64,000 bases of DNA, from contig CAWIXE010000003.1 of the NCBI GenBank assembly GCA_963840035.1, forward strand, positions 224,001 through 288,000, read 5' to 3'. Below, piece after piece: positions 9,209-19,509 of the stretch. Each line of letters begins with the position of its first letter. Within the stretch, counting starts at the first letter, position 1. Below the pieces are notes generated by a model. It was not told the DNA's origin. It did not search any database and saw only the letters and a list, made by a program, of their open reading frames with translations. The DNA comes from a candidate division FCPU426 bacterium (GTDB lineage Bacteria; Oederibacteriota; PGYV01; Palsa-1178). The position numbers and the translations under genes were made by a program.

Positions 9209-9865
9209 ATGGTTTTTGACGATAAAGGCACTGTTGTAGACCCCCAGAGCAAGGGCGAGGAAGTTGCCAATTCCATTATCCACGGCCTCGGCGCGGCTTT
9301 AAGCGTGGCGGCGCTGGTCATACTGGTTGTTTTCGCCGCAAGGCAGGGCGACGCTTGGAAGGTGGTGACTTTTTCCATATACGGCGCGTCCCTGGTGTTT
9401 TTATACATGATGTCCACGCTTTCCCATTCATTGACCCGCGGAAAGGTTAAGGAGTTTTTTGAACTCATGGATTTTTCGGCGGTTTACGTGCTTATTGCCG
9501 GGACTTACACGCCCATAATGCTCATATACCTGCGCGGGCCGTGGGGCTGGACTCTTTTCGGGGTCGTATGGGGGCTGGCAATAATAGGCATCCTGTGCAA
9601 GGTGTTTCTCCTGGGCAAGTGGGATTTTTTATCAACTATATTTTACATACTCATGGGCTGGCTGCTGGTTATAGCGTTAAAGCCGCTTCTTGCGAACGCG
9701 CCGGCCGGATTCATGCTGTGGCTTTTAATCGGCGGCCTGTGTTATACTTTTGGGACTATTTTTTACCTTAACAAGAAGATACCGTTTCACCACCCGATAT
9801 GGCATTTGTTTGTCATTGCTGGAAGCGCGAGCCATTTTTTCGGGTTCTTATTTTATGCCATATAG
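9209..9865 (+). CDS. Hemolysin III / PAQR family membrane protein
   Basis: EEVANSIIHG, IAGTYTP, HHPIWHLFVIAGS. RBS AGGAGAGG. Confidence 0.92.
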   Translation: MVFDDKGTVVDPQSKGEEVANSIIHGLGAALSVAALVILVVFAARQGDAWKVVTFSIYGASLVFLYMMSTLSHSLTRGKVKEFFELMDFSAVYVLIAGTYTPIMLIYLRGPWGWTLFGVVWGLAIIGILCKVFLLGKWDFLSTIFYILMGWLLVIALKPLLANAPAGFMLWLLIGGLCYTFGTIFYLNKKIPFHHPIWHLFVIAGSASHFFGFLFYAI

Positions 9866-9877
9866 GAGGCGGATGTC

Positions 9878-10189
9878 ATGGCGATAATGGAGATTAGTTT
9901 AGTGCCGGTTGGGACTAAGACCACGTCCATCAGCGAATACGCGGTTGACGCGGTCAAACAGCTGGAAGAGCAGGGCATAAAGCATCAGGTCGGGCCAATG
10001 GGGATAATTGCCGAAGCCCCGGTGAGGGAGCTGCTTGAGGCGGCAAACGCCATGCACGAGTCGCTTTTTTTCAGCAGCGACATCCAGAGGGTCGTGACCA
10101 CCATCAGGATAGACGACCGCAGGGACACTGAACACACAATGGAAAGAAAAGTAAAATCAATAAAGGAAAAAGTAAGGTATAAAAAATAG
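9878..10189 (+). CDS. MTH1187/thiamine-binding family protein
   Basis: MAIMEISLVPVGT...GPMG...RVVTTIRIDDRRD. Confidence 0.85.
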   Translation: MAIMEISLVPVGTKTTSISEYAVDAVKQLEEQGIKHQVGPMGIIAEAPVRELLEAANAMHESLFFSSDIQRVVTTIRIDDRRDTEHTMERKVKSIKEKVRYKK

Positions 10190-10197
10190 GAGCGTTT

Positions 10198-11118
10198 ATG
10201 TACATATTCGGGCCCGTGCCGTCGAGAAGGCTGGGGTTATCCCTGGGGATAGACCCTCTGGCCTCCAAGAGCTGCAACTTGAACTGTGTATACTGCGAGC
10301 TTGGCAGGAGCTTTAAGCTTGTCAATGAACGGAAACTTTTTGTGCCGACAGCGGCCATTATTGACGAACTGAAAAAGTTCTTTGCCGCAGGCGGGGAAAC
10401 AGACCATGTGACCATATCGGGCTCGGGAGAGCCTACCCTGGCTTTAAATCTGGGTGAACTCATAGATGAAATTAAGAAAGTCACGGTAAAACCGGTGGCT
10501 GTCATCACCAACGGCGTGCTTTTATCTGACCCGCAGGTAAGGCGCGAGCTATTGAAGGCGGATGTGGTGCTTCCTTCAATGGACGCGTTTACAGAATCCG
10601 CATATATAAAAGTTAACAGGCCTCACGGCTCCATAAAGATGGAACACGTAATAGAAGGCCTGCGCGCATTTGCCGGGGAATATAAAGGCCGGATATGGCT
10701 GGAGATAATGGTCATAAAGGGCATGAATGATTCTGACGCTGACATGCTCGCGGCCAGAAAAGTGCTCGACACGATACCGGGGATAGAAAAGATTCAGATA
10801 AACACAGTAGTCCGTTCCAGGGCCGAGAGTTTTGCCGACCCGGTTAAGGATGAGGCGATGAAACACATGGCGGAAATACTGGGGCCGAGGGCTGAAGTGG
10901 TGGGCAAGTTCACCGGAGGCACGCTTCATACCATGGACGGCGCTGAGGACGCCATGTACGAGGCGCTAAAGCGCAGGCCCATGACCATAAATGACATAGA
11001 AGCATCCATAGGCTTAACCCCGGCAAAGGCGGCAGAATCTTTAGAAAGTCTTTTACGCCGAGGGCTGATTAAAAAGGAAGTTTTTAATGATAAGGAGTTT
11101 TTTAAGATAAAAATATAG
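10198..11118 (+). CDS. Radical SAM protein
   Basis: FGPVPSRRLGLSLGID, CNLNCVYC, SGSGEPTL. Confidence 0.92.
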   Translation: MYIFGPVPSRRLGLSLGIDPLASKSCNLNCVYCELGRSFKLVNERKLFVPTAAIIDELKKFFAAGGETDHVTISGSGEPTLALNLGELIDEIKKVTVKPVAVITNGVLLSDPQVRRELLKADVVLPSMDAFTESAYIKVNRPHGSIKMEHVIEGLRAFAGEYKGRIWLEIMVIKGMNDSDADMLAARKVLDTIPGIEKIQINTVVRSRAESFADPVKDEAMKHMAEILGPRAEVVGKFTGGTLHTMDGAEDAMYEALKRRPMTINDIEASIGLTPAKAAESLESLLRRGLIKKEVFNDKEFFKIKI

Positions 11119-11229
11119 TCTCAATAATCTCAGAAGTCTCAGTGATCTCAATAGGGAAGGCTGAAAAACAAAGCGCAGGTTCTGTTTTTACTATTGAGAC
11201 TTCTGAGATCATTGAGATTTCTGAGACTA
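11116..11229. repeat. Nonamer (TCTCA core) inverted-arm element
   Basis: AGTCTCAAT AATCTCAGA AGTCTCAGT GATCTCAAT AG ... CTATTGAGAC TTCTGAGATC ATTGAGATTT CTGAGACT. Confidence 0.9.
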
Positions 11230-11249
11230 AAGGATGGTAATAAGCCCCC

Positions 11250-12101
11250 ATGCGCACCGCACCCGAATGCTACGCCTGCTTTATTAACCAGGCGTTAAAC
11301 GCAGGAACCATGGCAGGAGCCTCGGAAAAACAAATGCTGCGTATCATGCGTGAGGCTGTAAAAGCGGCAGCGTCCCATAAAATCAAGACTCCCCCGCCGT
11401 ATCTCGGAAAAAAAGTGCAGGATATAGTGAAGAAGCTGTCAAAAAACCCCGATCCTTACATAAAATTAAAGCATGAGTATAATCATATAGCCTTAAAACT
11501 CTATCCGGGCCTCCTGGCCGAGGCGCACAGGGGCAAAGACAAGCTTCTTTCCGCCGTGAAGGTTGCCATTACAGGCAACGTGATAGATTTCGGTTCCGGT
11601 TGGAAATTCAACGTTCACGACGAGATAAAGAAAGCTTTCAGCCACAAACCCGGCATATTTGACTACGCTAAGTTTAAGAAAGCCATGAAAAGCGCGAAAC
11701 TTGTGCTGTACATAGCCGATAATGCGGGGGAAACGGCCTTTGACAGGGTGTTAATCGAAACAATGAAAAGCATATATCCTGTAAGGGTTGTCTACGCGGT
11801 AAAGGAAAGCCCCATACTAAACGACACGCTCGTTGAGGATGCGGTATTTGCGGGGCTTGATAAGTGTTCTGAAATAATATCATCCGGGTCGTCTTTGCCG
11901 GGTGTGGCAACAAAGAGCGCGTCAAAAGAATTTTTGCGTATTTACAGGAAGGCTGATATAATTATAGCTAAGGGTATGGGGAACTTCGAGCTTCTTGACA
12001 ATGAAAAGGCGCCCATATTTTTTATGCTGAAGGCCAAGTGCCCCGTTGTAGCCAGGGAACTTGGTGTAAAACTCGGTGATATGGTGCTGAAGGCCTTGTA
12101 A
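11250..12101 (+). CDS. DUF89/ARMT1 damage-control phosphatase
   Basis: ECYAC, DPY, GNVIDFG, DNAGE, IAKGMGNFE, KAKC. Confidence 0.9.
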   Translation: MRTAPECYACFINQALNAGTMAGASEKQMLRIMREAVKAAASHKIKTPPPYLGKKVQDIVKKLSKNPDPYIKLKHEYNHIALKLYPGLLAEAHRGKDKLLSAVKVAITGNVIDFGSGWKFNVHDEIKKAFSHKPGIFDYAKFKKAMKSAKLVLYIADNAGETAFDRVLIETMKSIYPVRVVYAVKESPILNDTLVEDAVFAGLDKCSEIISSGSSLPGVATKSASKEFLRIYRKADIIIAKGMGNFELLDNEKAPIFFMLKAKCPVVARELGVKLGDMVLKAL

Positions 12102-12107
12102 ACATTC

Positions 12108-12132
12108 GGGCGAGCCACCGGCTCGCCCCTAC
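12108..12132 (-). repeat. GTAGGGGCG-type REP
   Basis: Reverse complement GTAGGGGCGAGCCGGTGGCTCGCCC. Related to 40042 and 60424. Confidence 0.7.
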
Positions 12133-12194
12133 GAAGGCAAGGGCCGGCGCCTATCCTGTCTGTTGGGAAGATCTTAAAACGAAAAGGCGGGTCT

Positions 12195-13058
12195 ATGAGA
12201 AAAAGTTTTATTTTGGCGATGCTTTGTCTTATGGCTGTTATTCCTGCTGCCGCGAAGGTTAACGTCGTTGTCTCCATCGCGCCGCTTTACAACATCACCA
12301 GGGCCATAGCCGGGGATAGGGCTGACATCATATTGCTGGTGCCTCCGGGCGCGAGCGAGCATACATTTTCACCAAAACCTTCGCTGATTATGGCTCTGGC
12401 AAAAGCTGATGTATTCATCAAAGCCGGAGCGGGCATGGAGTTCTATGCCGATAAGATGGTTTCGGCGGCTTCCAATAAAAAATTGGTTGTCCTTGCCATA
12501 ACCGACGGGGTTAAGCTTTTAGCCGGAGCGGATGAGGATGAAAAAAAATACGGCAACCCGCACATCTGGCTCGACCCGGTGATGGCTGCCGGAATTGCAG
12601 GAAAGATATGCGGCGCGCTCTCCGCGGCGGACCCGGAAGGCAGAAAATTTTATGACGCAAACCTTAAGAACTTCAAATTTAAAATTGGGGCGCTCGACGT
12701 TTACCTGAAAAAGGAAATATCGGGATTTGGCAGAAAAGAGCTTATTACTTTCCACCCGGCATGGGTATACTTTGAGAACAGGTACGGGTTAAAGGCGGTG
12801 GGCGTTATTGAAGCGGTGCCCGGGAGGGAGCCTTCGCCAAAGGACCTGGAACAGATAATAAACGCAGTAAAAAAGTATTCCATAAGGGCTGTTTTTGCCG
12901 AACCGCAGCTGCCGCGCAAGGCCGCCGATGTCATCGCGGCTGAGGCAGGCGTTAAGGTGGTCATACTTGACCCGCTGGGCTCCCCTGATGACGGGCCCGA
13001 CGGATACATAAATTTCATAAAGAAAAATTTCGAAGCCATGAAAGAGGCGATGAAGTGA
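12195..13058 (+). CDS. znuA: Zn/Mn ABC transporter substrate-binding protein
   Basis: Signal peptide, PPGASEHTF, NPHIWLDP, FHPAW, EPQ. Confidence 0.88.
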   Translation: MRKSFILAMLCLMAVIPAAAKVNVVVSIAPLYNITRAIAGDRADIILLVPPGASEHTFSPKPSLIMALAKADVFIKAGAGMEFYADKMVSAASNKKLVVLAITDGVKLLAGADEDEKKYGNPHIWLDPVMAAGIAGKICGALSAADPEGRKFYDANLKNFKFKIGALDVYLKKEISGFGRKELITFHPAWVYFENRYGLKAVGVIEAVPGREPSPKDLEQIINAVKKYSIRAVFAEPQLPRKAADVIAAEAGVKVVILDPLGSPDDGPDGYINFIKKNFEAMKEAMK

Positions 13059-13843
13059 GCGAAATAATAGTAAGCTTAAAAAATGTCTTTGCCGGATATG
13101 ACAAGAGGCACGTGGTGGAGGATATTAACCTCGAAATATCAAAGGGGGATTACCTCGGCATCATAGGCCCTAACGGCGGCGGCAAGACAACCGTTTTAAA
13201 ACTCATAGCGGGCATACTGAAGCCGTCTCACGGCGAAGTCAGGGTGTTCGGCAGCGACCCGTGCAGGTTTACAAAATCAGACAGGGGAAAGATTGGATAT
13301 GTGAGGCAGGAAACAAACATTGACACATCATTTCCGGTTTCTGTCCTTGACACGGTGCTCATGGGGTTATACGCCACCATAGGCCCGGCCGCGCCGGTCA
13401 CAAAAGCACACCGCGATAAAGCCATGGAAGCGCTTAAAAAAACAGACATGGACAAATACGCTGAAAGGCACATAGGCGCGCTCTCCGGGGGCCAGAAACA
13501 GAGGGTTTTTATAGCAAGGGGTATTGTGAATAACCCGGAACTGCTCATACTTGACGAACCAACCACGGGTGTTGACGCAAAAAACCAGAACGCGTTTTAC
13601 GCCATGCTTGAGGCATTAAAAAAAGAATACGGCCTTACAATCATAATGGTATCGCACGACATAAGCATGATAGCGGACAAGGTGAATAAAGTCTCATGCG
13701 TTAACCATAAGATACACGTGCACGGTGAGAGCGGTGAAGTGCTTTCAAACGAACAGGCCTGCGAGGTATGCGGGATAGATACGCAGTATGTGTTCCACGG
13801 GAAGAAAGTGCGGATTTTGGATGAGCATAAGAAGTCTCAATGA
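13055..13843 (+). CDS. znuC: Zn/Mn ABC transporter ATPase
   Basis: GPNGGGKTT, LSGGQKQR, LDEPT, SHD, C-terminal CEVC. Confidence 0.88.
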   Translation: MSEIIVSLKNVFAGYDKRHVVEDINLEISKGDYLGIIGPNGGGKTTVLKLIAGILKPSHGEVRVFGSDPCRFTKSDRGKIGYVRQETNIDTSFPVSVLDTVLMGLYATIGPAAPVTKAHRDKAMEALKKTDMDKYAERHIGALSGGQKQRVFIARGIVNNPELLILDEPTTGVDAKNQNAFYAMLEALKKEYGLTIIMVSHDISMIADKVNKVSCVNHKIHVHGESGEVLSNEQACEVCGIDTQYVFHGKKVRILDEHKKSQ

Positions 13844-13908
13844 TCTCAGCAATCTCAGAAGTCTCAATAGGGAAACCGTGGCTGTGACTCTTGAGATCAC
13901 TGAGACTT
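13832..13908. repeat. Nonamer inverted-arm element supplying the znuC stop codon
   Basis: AAGTCTCAA TGATCTCAG CAATCTCAG AAGTCTCAA ... TTGAGATCA CTGAGACTT. Confidence 0.88.
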
Positions 13909-13924
13909 TATTAAAAGGAGTTTT

Positions 13925-14734
13925 ATGACCGACATTTTACACTTCGCTTTTGTGCAGAAAGCCCTCATAGCCGGCGTTTTATCCGGCGTGCTGCTTGCCG
14001 TAATAGGCGTGTATGTGGTGCTTAAGAAGATGTCCTTTATCGGGGACGGCATCGCGCATTCGGCTTTTGGCGGAGTGGCGCTCGGGCTTTTGATCGGGGT
14101 CAATACCACGCTTGCGGCAGTGATATTCGCGTGGATTATCGCCATGATGATAGGTATTTCAAAAAAACATACGAAGACTTCAGAGGATGCCCTGATCGGA
14201 ATTTTCTTCGCTTTTTGCATGGCCCTCGGCGTCATCTTCATCGGCTTTAATAAGGCCTACAATGCCGACATATTTGGTTATCTTTTCGGGGATATACTTG
14301 CCGTCACAAACGCTGACATCTATTCCATCGCCGGGGTAAGCGCGGTTGTGCTTCTGGCGGTATTTGTGTTTTACAAGGACCTGCTGTTTTTTACCTTTGA
14401 TGAGGAAGGGGCGAAGGTTTCAGGGATAAATACGGATTTTATTTATTTTCTGCTGCTGACACTTATTTCGTTTACGATTGTCGTGTCCATAAAGGTGGTG
14501 GGTATAATACTGGCGGTGGCTTTCCTTATAATACCGGCATCCACGGCACTGCTTTTGACCAGGGATTTTAAGAAACTTATCTATATCTCTGTGGTAATCA
14601 GCGTTATATCCACGGTGGCGGGATTCATCTTTTCTTATGTCTTCAACCTTGCGTCAGGGGCTTCCATCGTGGTCTCCGCGACGCTTATCTTCGGGTCAGT
14701 TACCCTGTTTAACGGCGTTAGGAAGGGAAACTGA
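13925..14734 (+). CDS. znuB: Zn/Mn ABC transporter permease
   Basis: GDGIAHSAFGG, LFGDIL, FDEEGAKVSG, multiple TMs. Confidence 0.88.
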   Translation: MTDILHFAFVQKALIAGVLSGVLLAVIGVYVVLKKMSFIGDGIAHSAFGGVALGLLIGVNTTLAAVIFAWIIAMMIGISKKHTKTSEDALIGIFFAFCMALGVIFIGFNKAYNADIFGYLFGDILAVTNADIYSIAGVSAVVLLAVFVFYKDLLFFTFDEEGAKVSGINTDFIYFLLLTLISFTIVVSIKVVGIILAVAFLIIPASTALLLTRDFKKLIYISVVISVISTVAGFIFSYVFNLASGASIVVSATLIFGSVTLFNGVRKGN

Positions 14735-16636
14735 AACCACTTCCATTATTTCGATGTCTGCCGCGTAAATCTTATTTGTGCCGCGGCTGTTATGCGCGGT
14801 ATTGAGCGCGAACATTATCTGTTTTGTCTTTTCCGCAGGCAGGGGGAAGATGAACTCATGGGGCGCGTTGAACCCGCGCTTGCATTCAAGTACGTATAAA
14901 ATATTTCCGTCCTGCATTTTATAACTCACGTCAAGCCTGGTATCGCTCGGCCAGTTTGCAACCACTCGCAGGTATTCCATATCCTTTGCGGAGTATTCCC
15001 AGTCAAAATTCATGTTAAGGTCCGTATGCTGTATGAAAAAATGGTAGCCGTTTGTCTTAACCGGGTCAGAAAATGCAAGCCGGACGCCTGTTTTACCAAG
15101 CGGCCCGACATTGGGTTTGGTGTCGCGGAAAAGAGGGCCCGGATGCCACTTTGAGCTGTCCTGCGGGTTTACATCGAAAATCTTTTTATATTTATAGGTT
15201 GAAAGCATGGTGTTTTCCGCGATGATTATGGAAGGCCTGTCGTCATATTCGGAATTTATGACCGCAATCACCCTTCCATATCCGGCCGGTATCCTGTCGT
15301 TTGGTTTCCCGGCCAGGGAGCTTACGGCGTAATATTTATAGCCTATGAGTTTATCAAGCACCAGCGCAGTGCCGCAGTATGTGGCGTCCCTCGAAGGGTC
15401 GACAAGCGAAGGGTTGCCGTTAACCGCCGGGTCATAATCTGATAATGGCGGGCCGAACATGCTGTAGATTAAGGATTCGCCGGGCGGTATGTGTTTTTCT
15501 ATCCAGTATTTGGCCAGCAGCCTCGTATCTGTGGTCGTATGTTCGGCAAGTAATGCCGATATGTTCATGAAGTTTGAAAGCGGGGCGACAAGGGCCAGCA
15601 CAAACATCAGTTTCAGCTTCTCTTTTGTTATTTTTGAAAGGAAGATGCCGCCTGCCACGCATAGCATGGCAAGGGACATCCAGGCGTACTGGTTGAAATT
15701 TACGCGTACGGAGAAAAGGAATAGGAGCGCCGGCCACAGCGCGGAGGTAAGCACGAGGTTTTCTTTTGGTTTTTTAACGGTTATATAAAAAAGCCCCGCA
15801 AAACATATTAATGCCGACAGCGGGCCCAGGCCCTTAGTAAAAAAATACTGTATGAAGAAAGTGTTAAAGTGGAAGCCTCCGCCTAAGACCTGGTTGGACA
15901 CGTTTGATTTAAATGTGTCTATCACGCGCGGAAAACTGGAGGCCACGGGAAGCAGGGATAATATGACGGCAAGAAGGCTTATGCCGGCGGCGGAGAGCAC
16001 GGTTTTTTCACGGCCCTTAAAAACGCCGAACAAAGCGATGGCCAGCGGGATGAAGACAACCGCGGTGTTGTACTTGAAAAGGAAGGCGGACAGCGAGAAG
16101 AAGCAGGCGGCAAGGATATTTTTAAATGAAGGTTTACCCGGGATCCGGGCTATGAAGACAAGGGCGAGCAGGGTGAACATTATCATGCCTGAGTCGGGCT
16201 TGATAAGGCATGATGATTCCAGCATCCCGTACGACCCGGCGCTTAACAGCGCGGCGCAAAGTCCGGCAGCCCGGCCGGCAAGCGAGGAAGCAAGGATATA
16301 GGTCAGGATAATCGAGGCTATTGAAAATGAAAATGAAAGCAGCCTGTCCGCCAGGTAAAAGTCGCGCGGCTCCAGGTCCTGCCGGTCTTTTTTTGTAAAA
16401 CCAGGCAGAAACACGGCATAGTCTATGGCTGTATATGCAAATATCGAATAGTAAGGGTATAGGTAAACCCTGGGGTCCAGACGGCCATATTTGACATTCT
16501 CAAAGCCGGCGTTGCATATGGAATACTCATCCGGGTGGAAAAGGTAGGGAAGGCCTGTGGTTATCATGGGCGAGCGAAGTAAGCCCGCGGCCACGCAGAT
16601 GACGAAAAGTATGATGACGGCTGTTTTCTTGGTCAT
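14696..16636 (-). CDS. GT-C (ArnT/PMT-like, GT39/83) membrane glycosyltransferase
   Basis: HPDE after TM1, KPD, many TMs, DTRLLAKYWIEKHIPPG. Confidence 0.75.
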   Translation of the reverse strand: MTKKTAVIILFVICVAAGLLRSPMITTGLPYLFHPDEYSICNAGFENVKYGRLDPRVYLYPYYSIFAYTAIDYAVFLPGFTKKDRQDLEPRDFYLADRLLSFSFSIASIILTYILASSLAGRAAGLCAALLSAGSYGMLESSCLIKPDSGMIMFTLLALVFIARIPGKPSFKNILAACFFSLSAFLFKYNTAVVFIPLAIALFGVFKGREKTVLSAAGISLLAVILSLLPVASSFPRVIDTFKSNVSNQVLGGGFHFNTFFIQYFFTKGLGPLSALICFAGLFYITVKKPKENLVLTSALWPALLFLFSVRVNFNQYAWMSLAMLCVAGGIFLSKITKEKLKLMFVLALVAPLSNFMNISALLAEHTTTDTRLLAKYWIEKHIPPGESLIYSMFGPPLSDYDPAVNGNPSLVDPSRDATYCGTALVLDKLIGYKYYAVSSLAGKPNDRIPAGYGRVIAVINSEYDDRPSIIIAENTMLSTYKYKKIFDVNPQDSSKWHPGPLFRDTKPNVGPLGKTGVRLAFSDPVKTNGYHFFIQHTDLNMNFDWEYSAKDMEYLRVVANWPSDTRLDVSYKMQDGNILYVLECKRGFNAPHEFIFPLPAEKTKQIMFALNTAHNSRGTNKIYAADIEIMEVVSVSLPNAVKQGN

Positions 16637-16662
16637 GTTACCCCTTCATTAATTTTGTTCTG

Positions 16663-16722
16663 GTAGCCGCAGCCTTTAGGCTGCGCAGGGCCGGCCTTTC
16701 GCAACCTGAAAGTTGCGGCTAC
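16663..16722. repeat. REPIN of the GTAGCCGCA family
   Basis: GTAGCCGCAGCCTTTAGGCTGCG ... CGCAACCTGAAAGTTGCGGCTAC. Overlaps the terC-family stop codon. Confidence 0.8.
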
Positions 16723-17651
16723 CTGGTTTTCCTGTTCCTCGCCACTGACGCTAGTATCGCCACTGTCAGTATGCCCGCGATTATTGCAAGCGATACGACC
16801 GGCGTAATATGCACCCAGTGCTCAGCCAGCATCTTGCCGCCCACAAAAATAAGTATGAGGGCCAGGGCGTGGTGTATATAATAAAAAGAATCAACGGCGC
16901 CTGCCAGGACAAAGTACAAGGCGCGCAGCCCTAGTATGGCGAATATGTTTGAAGTGTAAATGATGTAAGGGTCAAGGGTTATGGCAAATATGGCCGGGAT
17001 GGAGTCAAAGGCAAATATAACATCAACAAAGTTTAATACTATAAATACCAGAAAAAGGCGCGTTAATTTTCTTTTGCCGTGTTCTACAGTGGTAAAATAA
17101 GGGCCGTCATAATTATGGGTGAAAGGAAGTGTTTTTGAGATAAACTTAACAAAAGGGGAGTCACCCGGGTTTTCCTTGGAGTCTTTGCTTACATATATCT
17201 TGATACCCGTATATATAAGGAAGGCTCCGAAAACATATATGAGCCAGCTGAACTTCTCTATCAGCCCTACGCCGGCAAATATAAAGAATCCGCGTAAAAC
17301 CATGGCCATGACTATGCCCCAGAAGAGGACCTTTTGCTGGTATTCTTTGGCAACCTTAAAGAAGGAAAAAATGGTGAGGAACACGAAAAGATTATCCACG
17401 GATAATGACTTTTCCACGATGTAGCCGGTAAAGTATTCTATGGCTTTTGTAGGGCCGTGGGCGACCAAGATAAAGACATTAAATAAAAGCGCAACCCCAA
17501 TCCAGACCACAGACATAATAACAGCTTCCCGCATTTTTATGACATGGCTTTTTTTCTGGAAAAGGCCAAGGTCGATCAAAAGGAGTATAACAATAAAAAG
17601 GTTGAAAAGCCCGAATTCAAGCCAGCTTTCAGACATATTTGCAAAGTGCAT
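16719..17651 (-). CDS. TerC/Alx family membrane protein
   Basis: YIVEKSLSVDNLFVF, DVIFAFDSIPA, TSNIFAILGLRALYF. Confidence 0.93.
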   Translation of the reverse strand: MHFANMSESWLEFGLFNLFIVILLLIDLGLFQKKSHVIKMREAVIMSVVWIGVALLFNVFILVAHGPTKAIEYFTGYIVEKSLSVDNLFVFLTIFSFFKVAKEYQQKVLFWGIVMAMVLRGFFIFAGVGLIEKFSWLIYVFGAFLIYTGIKIYVSKDSKENPGDSPFVKFISKTLPFTHNYDGPYFTTVEHGKRKLTRLFLVFIVLNFVDVIFAFDSIPAIFAITLDPYIIYTSNIFAILGLRALYFVLAGAVDSFYYIHHALALILIFVGGKMLAEHWVHITPVVSLAIIAGILTVAILASVARNRKTR

Positions 17652-17902
17652 CTCGAAAACCTCCAGGTTAGTATGTCTTTAGATAATAGCATAAATAAGG
17701 AAAGGGGGGAACTGGAAAAAAAGGGGGGGTGACAATTGTCGATTGCAATACTGCCAGTCAACACAGTTTTGACATCAGGATGACTGCCAATGCGGTGTTG
17801 ATCATATTATCCCCAAAACGGTTAATTGACAAAATATTTGACATACGTTATTATAGTTTGTAACGAATGGGGTTGATATCTAAGATAAAAATTGGAGGTA
17901 AT

Positions 17903-18310
17903 ATGAAAAAAATTTTTGTTTCAATGTTGATTGTTTTATCTGCATGTGTCTGCGGTTGTGGCACCATGAATAATGTTTTGGTAAAAGACGGTCCCGTCAA
18001 TATACCAATTAATTCCATGTACGTACAGCCCATCGGCATTGTACACAGTACCCAGACGGCGTCAAAGTTCCTCGGGTTTTCAGCTGGGTCTTTCGCTGAT
18101 TTTTACCTTATCCAATTTGGAGGAGTATCGTTTACCCAGCTTCTGGAAAAAGCCGTAAAAATGGGTGCTGATGACATAGTAAATGTAAAAATTGAAGCAG
18201 TTAGTTCAGGGCTGTTTTTTATATATAATCAGATAACATACGATGTCACGGCGCTTGCTGTAAGATACATAGTACCGAAGGAAATGCCGAAAGAACCTGT
18301 TAAAAAATGA
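17903..18310 (+). CDS. Putative lipoprotein
   Basis: RBS GGAGG, signal peptide with lipobox-like VCGC, KAVKMGADDIVNV. Confidence 0.65.
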   Translation: MKKIFVSMLIVLSACVCGCGTMNNVLVKDGPVNIPINSMYVQPIGIVHSTQTASKFLGFSAGSFADFYLIQFGGVSFTQLLEKAVKMGADDIVNVKIEAVSSGLFFIYNQITYDVTALAVRYIVPKEMPKEPVKK

Positions 18311-18359
18311 TCTGTTTAGATTGAAAAAATGACGCAGAAGCAAAAGGGGTAAATATAAA

Positions 18360-19238
18360 ATGAAAAAAATACTAAATTTACTGTTTATTATTTCGTTTCT
18401 TTCCGGTATTGCTTCGGCCGCTGTATTTGAGGATGAAGCCGGAGAGATTCAAAGGACGAATGGTTTTATAGAGGCGGATGACACGACGCCTGTGAAGTCA
18501 AGAAAGAGCGAACCTACAGCCACGCCTGCGCCGAAAAATCAAGCTCCGTCTAATGGCATAGAAAAAAATACCGGAATAACAGAAACGGATGACCCGACCT
18601 CTGATAAATCAAAAAAACGCGAGACTTTGCCGGAATCTACGCAGGAGGAAAGCAAAAATAATGCAGTCGTTGTAGAGAGAAAAAATGAAAAAACAAGATC
18701 GAAATTTGAAGGTTTTTATTTTGGCTCAAAAGTTGGAGGAGGATATATAACCGGTTTGTACCCCGGAGTATCAGAATATGTTTTTAGCGGCGCACTTATG
18801 TGCCAGTATGTAGCCGCCGGTGAATGGTTTGCTTTATCGAGCGAGTTTACATATTTTCAGATCTTTGAAAATTCATCCTTCTTAACTTTTGACGAGTACG
18901 GAAATCAGCTGTCGTCCATTGATTTTTCGTCCGCTTACCATTATTTTCAGGTTCCTTTAATTGCGAAGTTTTCCATACCGTTGGATTTTCCTGTCAGGCC
19001 GTTTGTTACAATTGGAACCGGCATCAACTGTCTTTTCCTGGTCGAAGATACATACAGTGGGATGAAATATGTTACAAATAGCATGGATTTCAGCTGGGTA
19101 CAGGTTATGTTGGGGGCCGGGGTAGACTTCATGATTAACGGCAGCGGCGTTATAAATATTGAGGTAAGATTAGATAAAATGGTCCGTGTAATTGAAGGTG
19201 TCGGGTTGTTGAAAATAACCGCAGGGTATTATTTTTAA
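18360..19238 (+). CDS. Outer-membrane beta-barrel (porin/PorT-like) protein
   Basis: Signal peptide, low-complexity linker, YFQVPLIAKF, C-terminal AGYYF. Confidence 0.7.
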   Translation: MKKILNLLFIISFLSGIASAAVFEDEAGEIQRTNGFIEADDTTPVKSRKSEPTATPAPKNQAPSNGIEKNTGITETDDPTSDKSKKRETLPESTQEESKNNAVVVERKNEKTRSKFEGFYFGSKVGGGYITGLYPGVSEYVFSGALMCQYVAAGEWFALSSEFTYFQIFENSSFLTFDEYGNQLSSIDFSSAYHYFQVPLIAKFSIPLDFPVRPFVTIGTGINCLFLVEDTYSGMKYVTNSMDFSWVQVMLGAGVDFMINGSGVINIEVRLDKMVRVIEGVGLLKITAGYYF

Positions 19239-19509
19239 AGTGTTATAATTGTTATTATAATCAAGGCCATTTAGAAATATATGAAGGGGACCGGACCTGT
19301 TTTGGTGCCAGGCGCAAAACTGCATTGAGGGATGTGTGGGAATTATTGTGCCGGTTTTGAGCCGCAGTAAGCGGCGGTTCTGCGAAAAGCTGACAACGCC
19401 AAACATCTGCTTTCCCCAAACAAAACCACTGTGAGTTTTTAAGGTTTAACGGGGATAATAATTGAAGTATAATTACGTTACAAGATGACAAAGCATAAGG
19501 AGGGGGGAA

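Noticed and set aside
14696..14734. 39-bp convergent overlap of znuB and the glycosyltransferase
   Set aside because: Short tail-to-tail overlaps are common; no sign of a special function.
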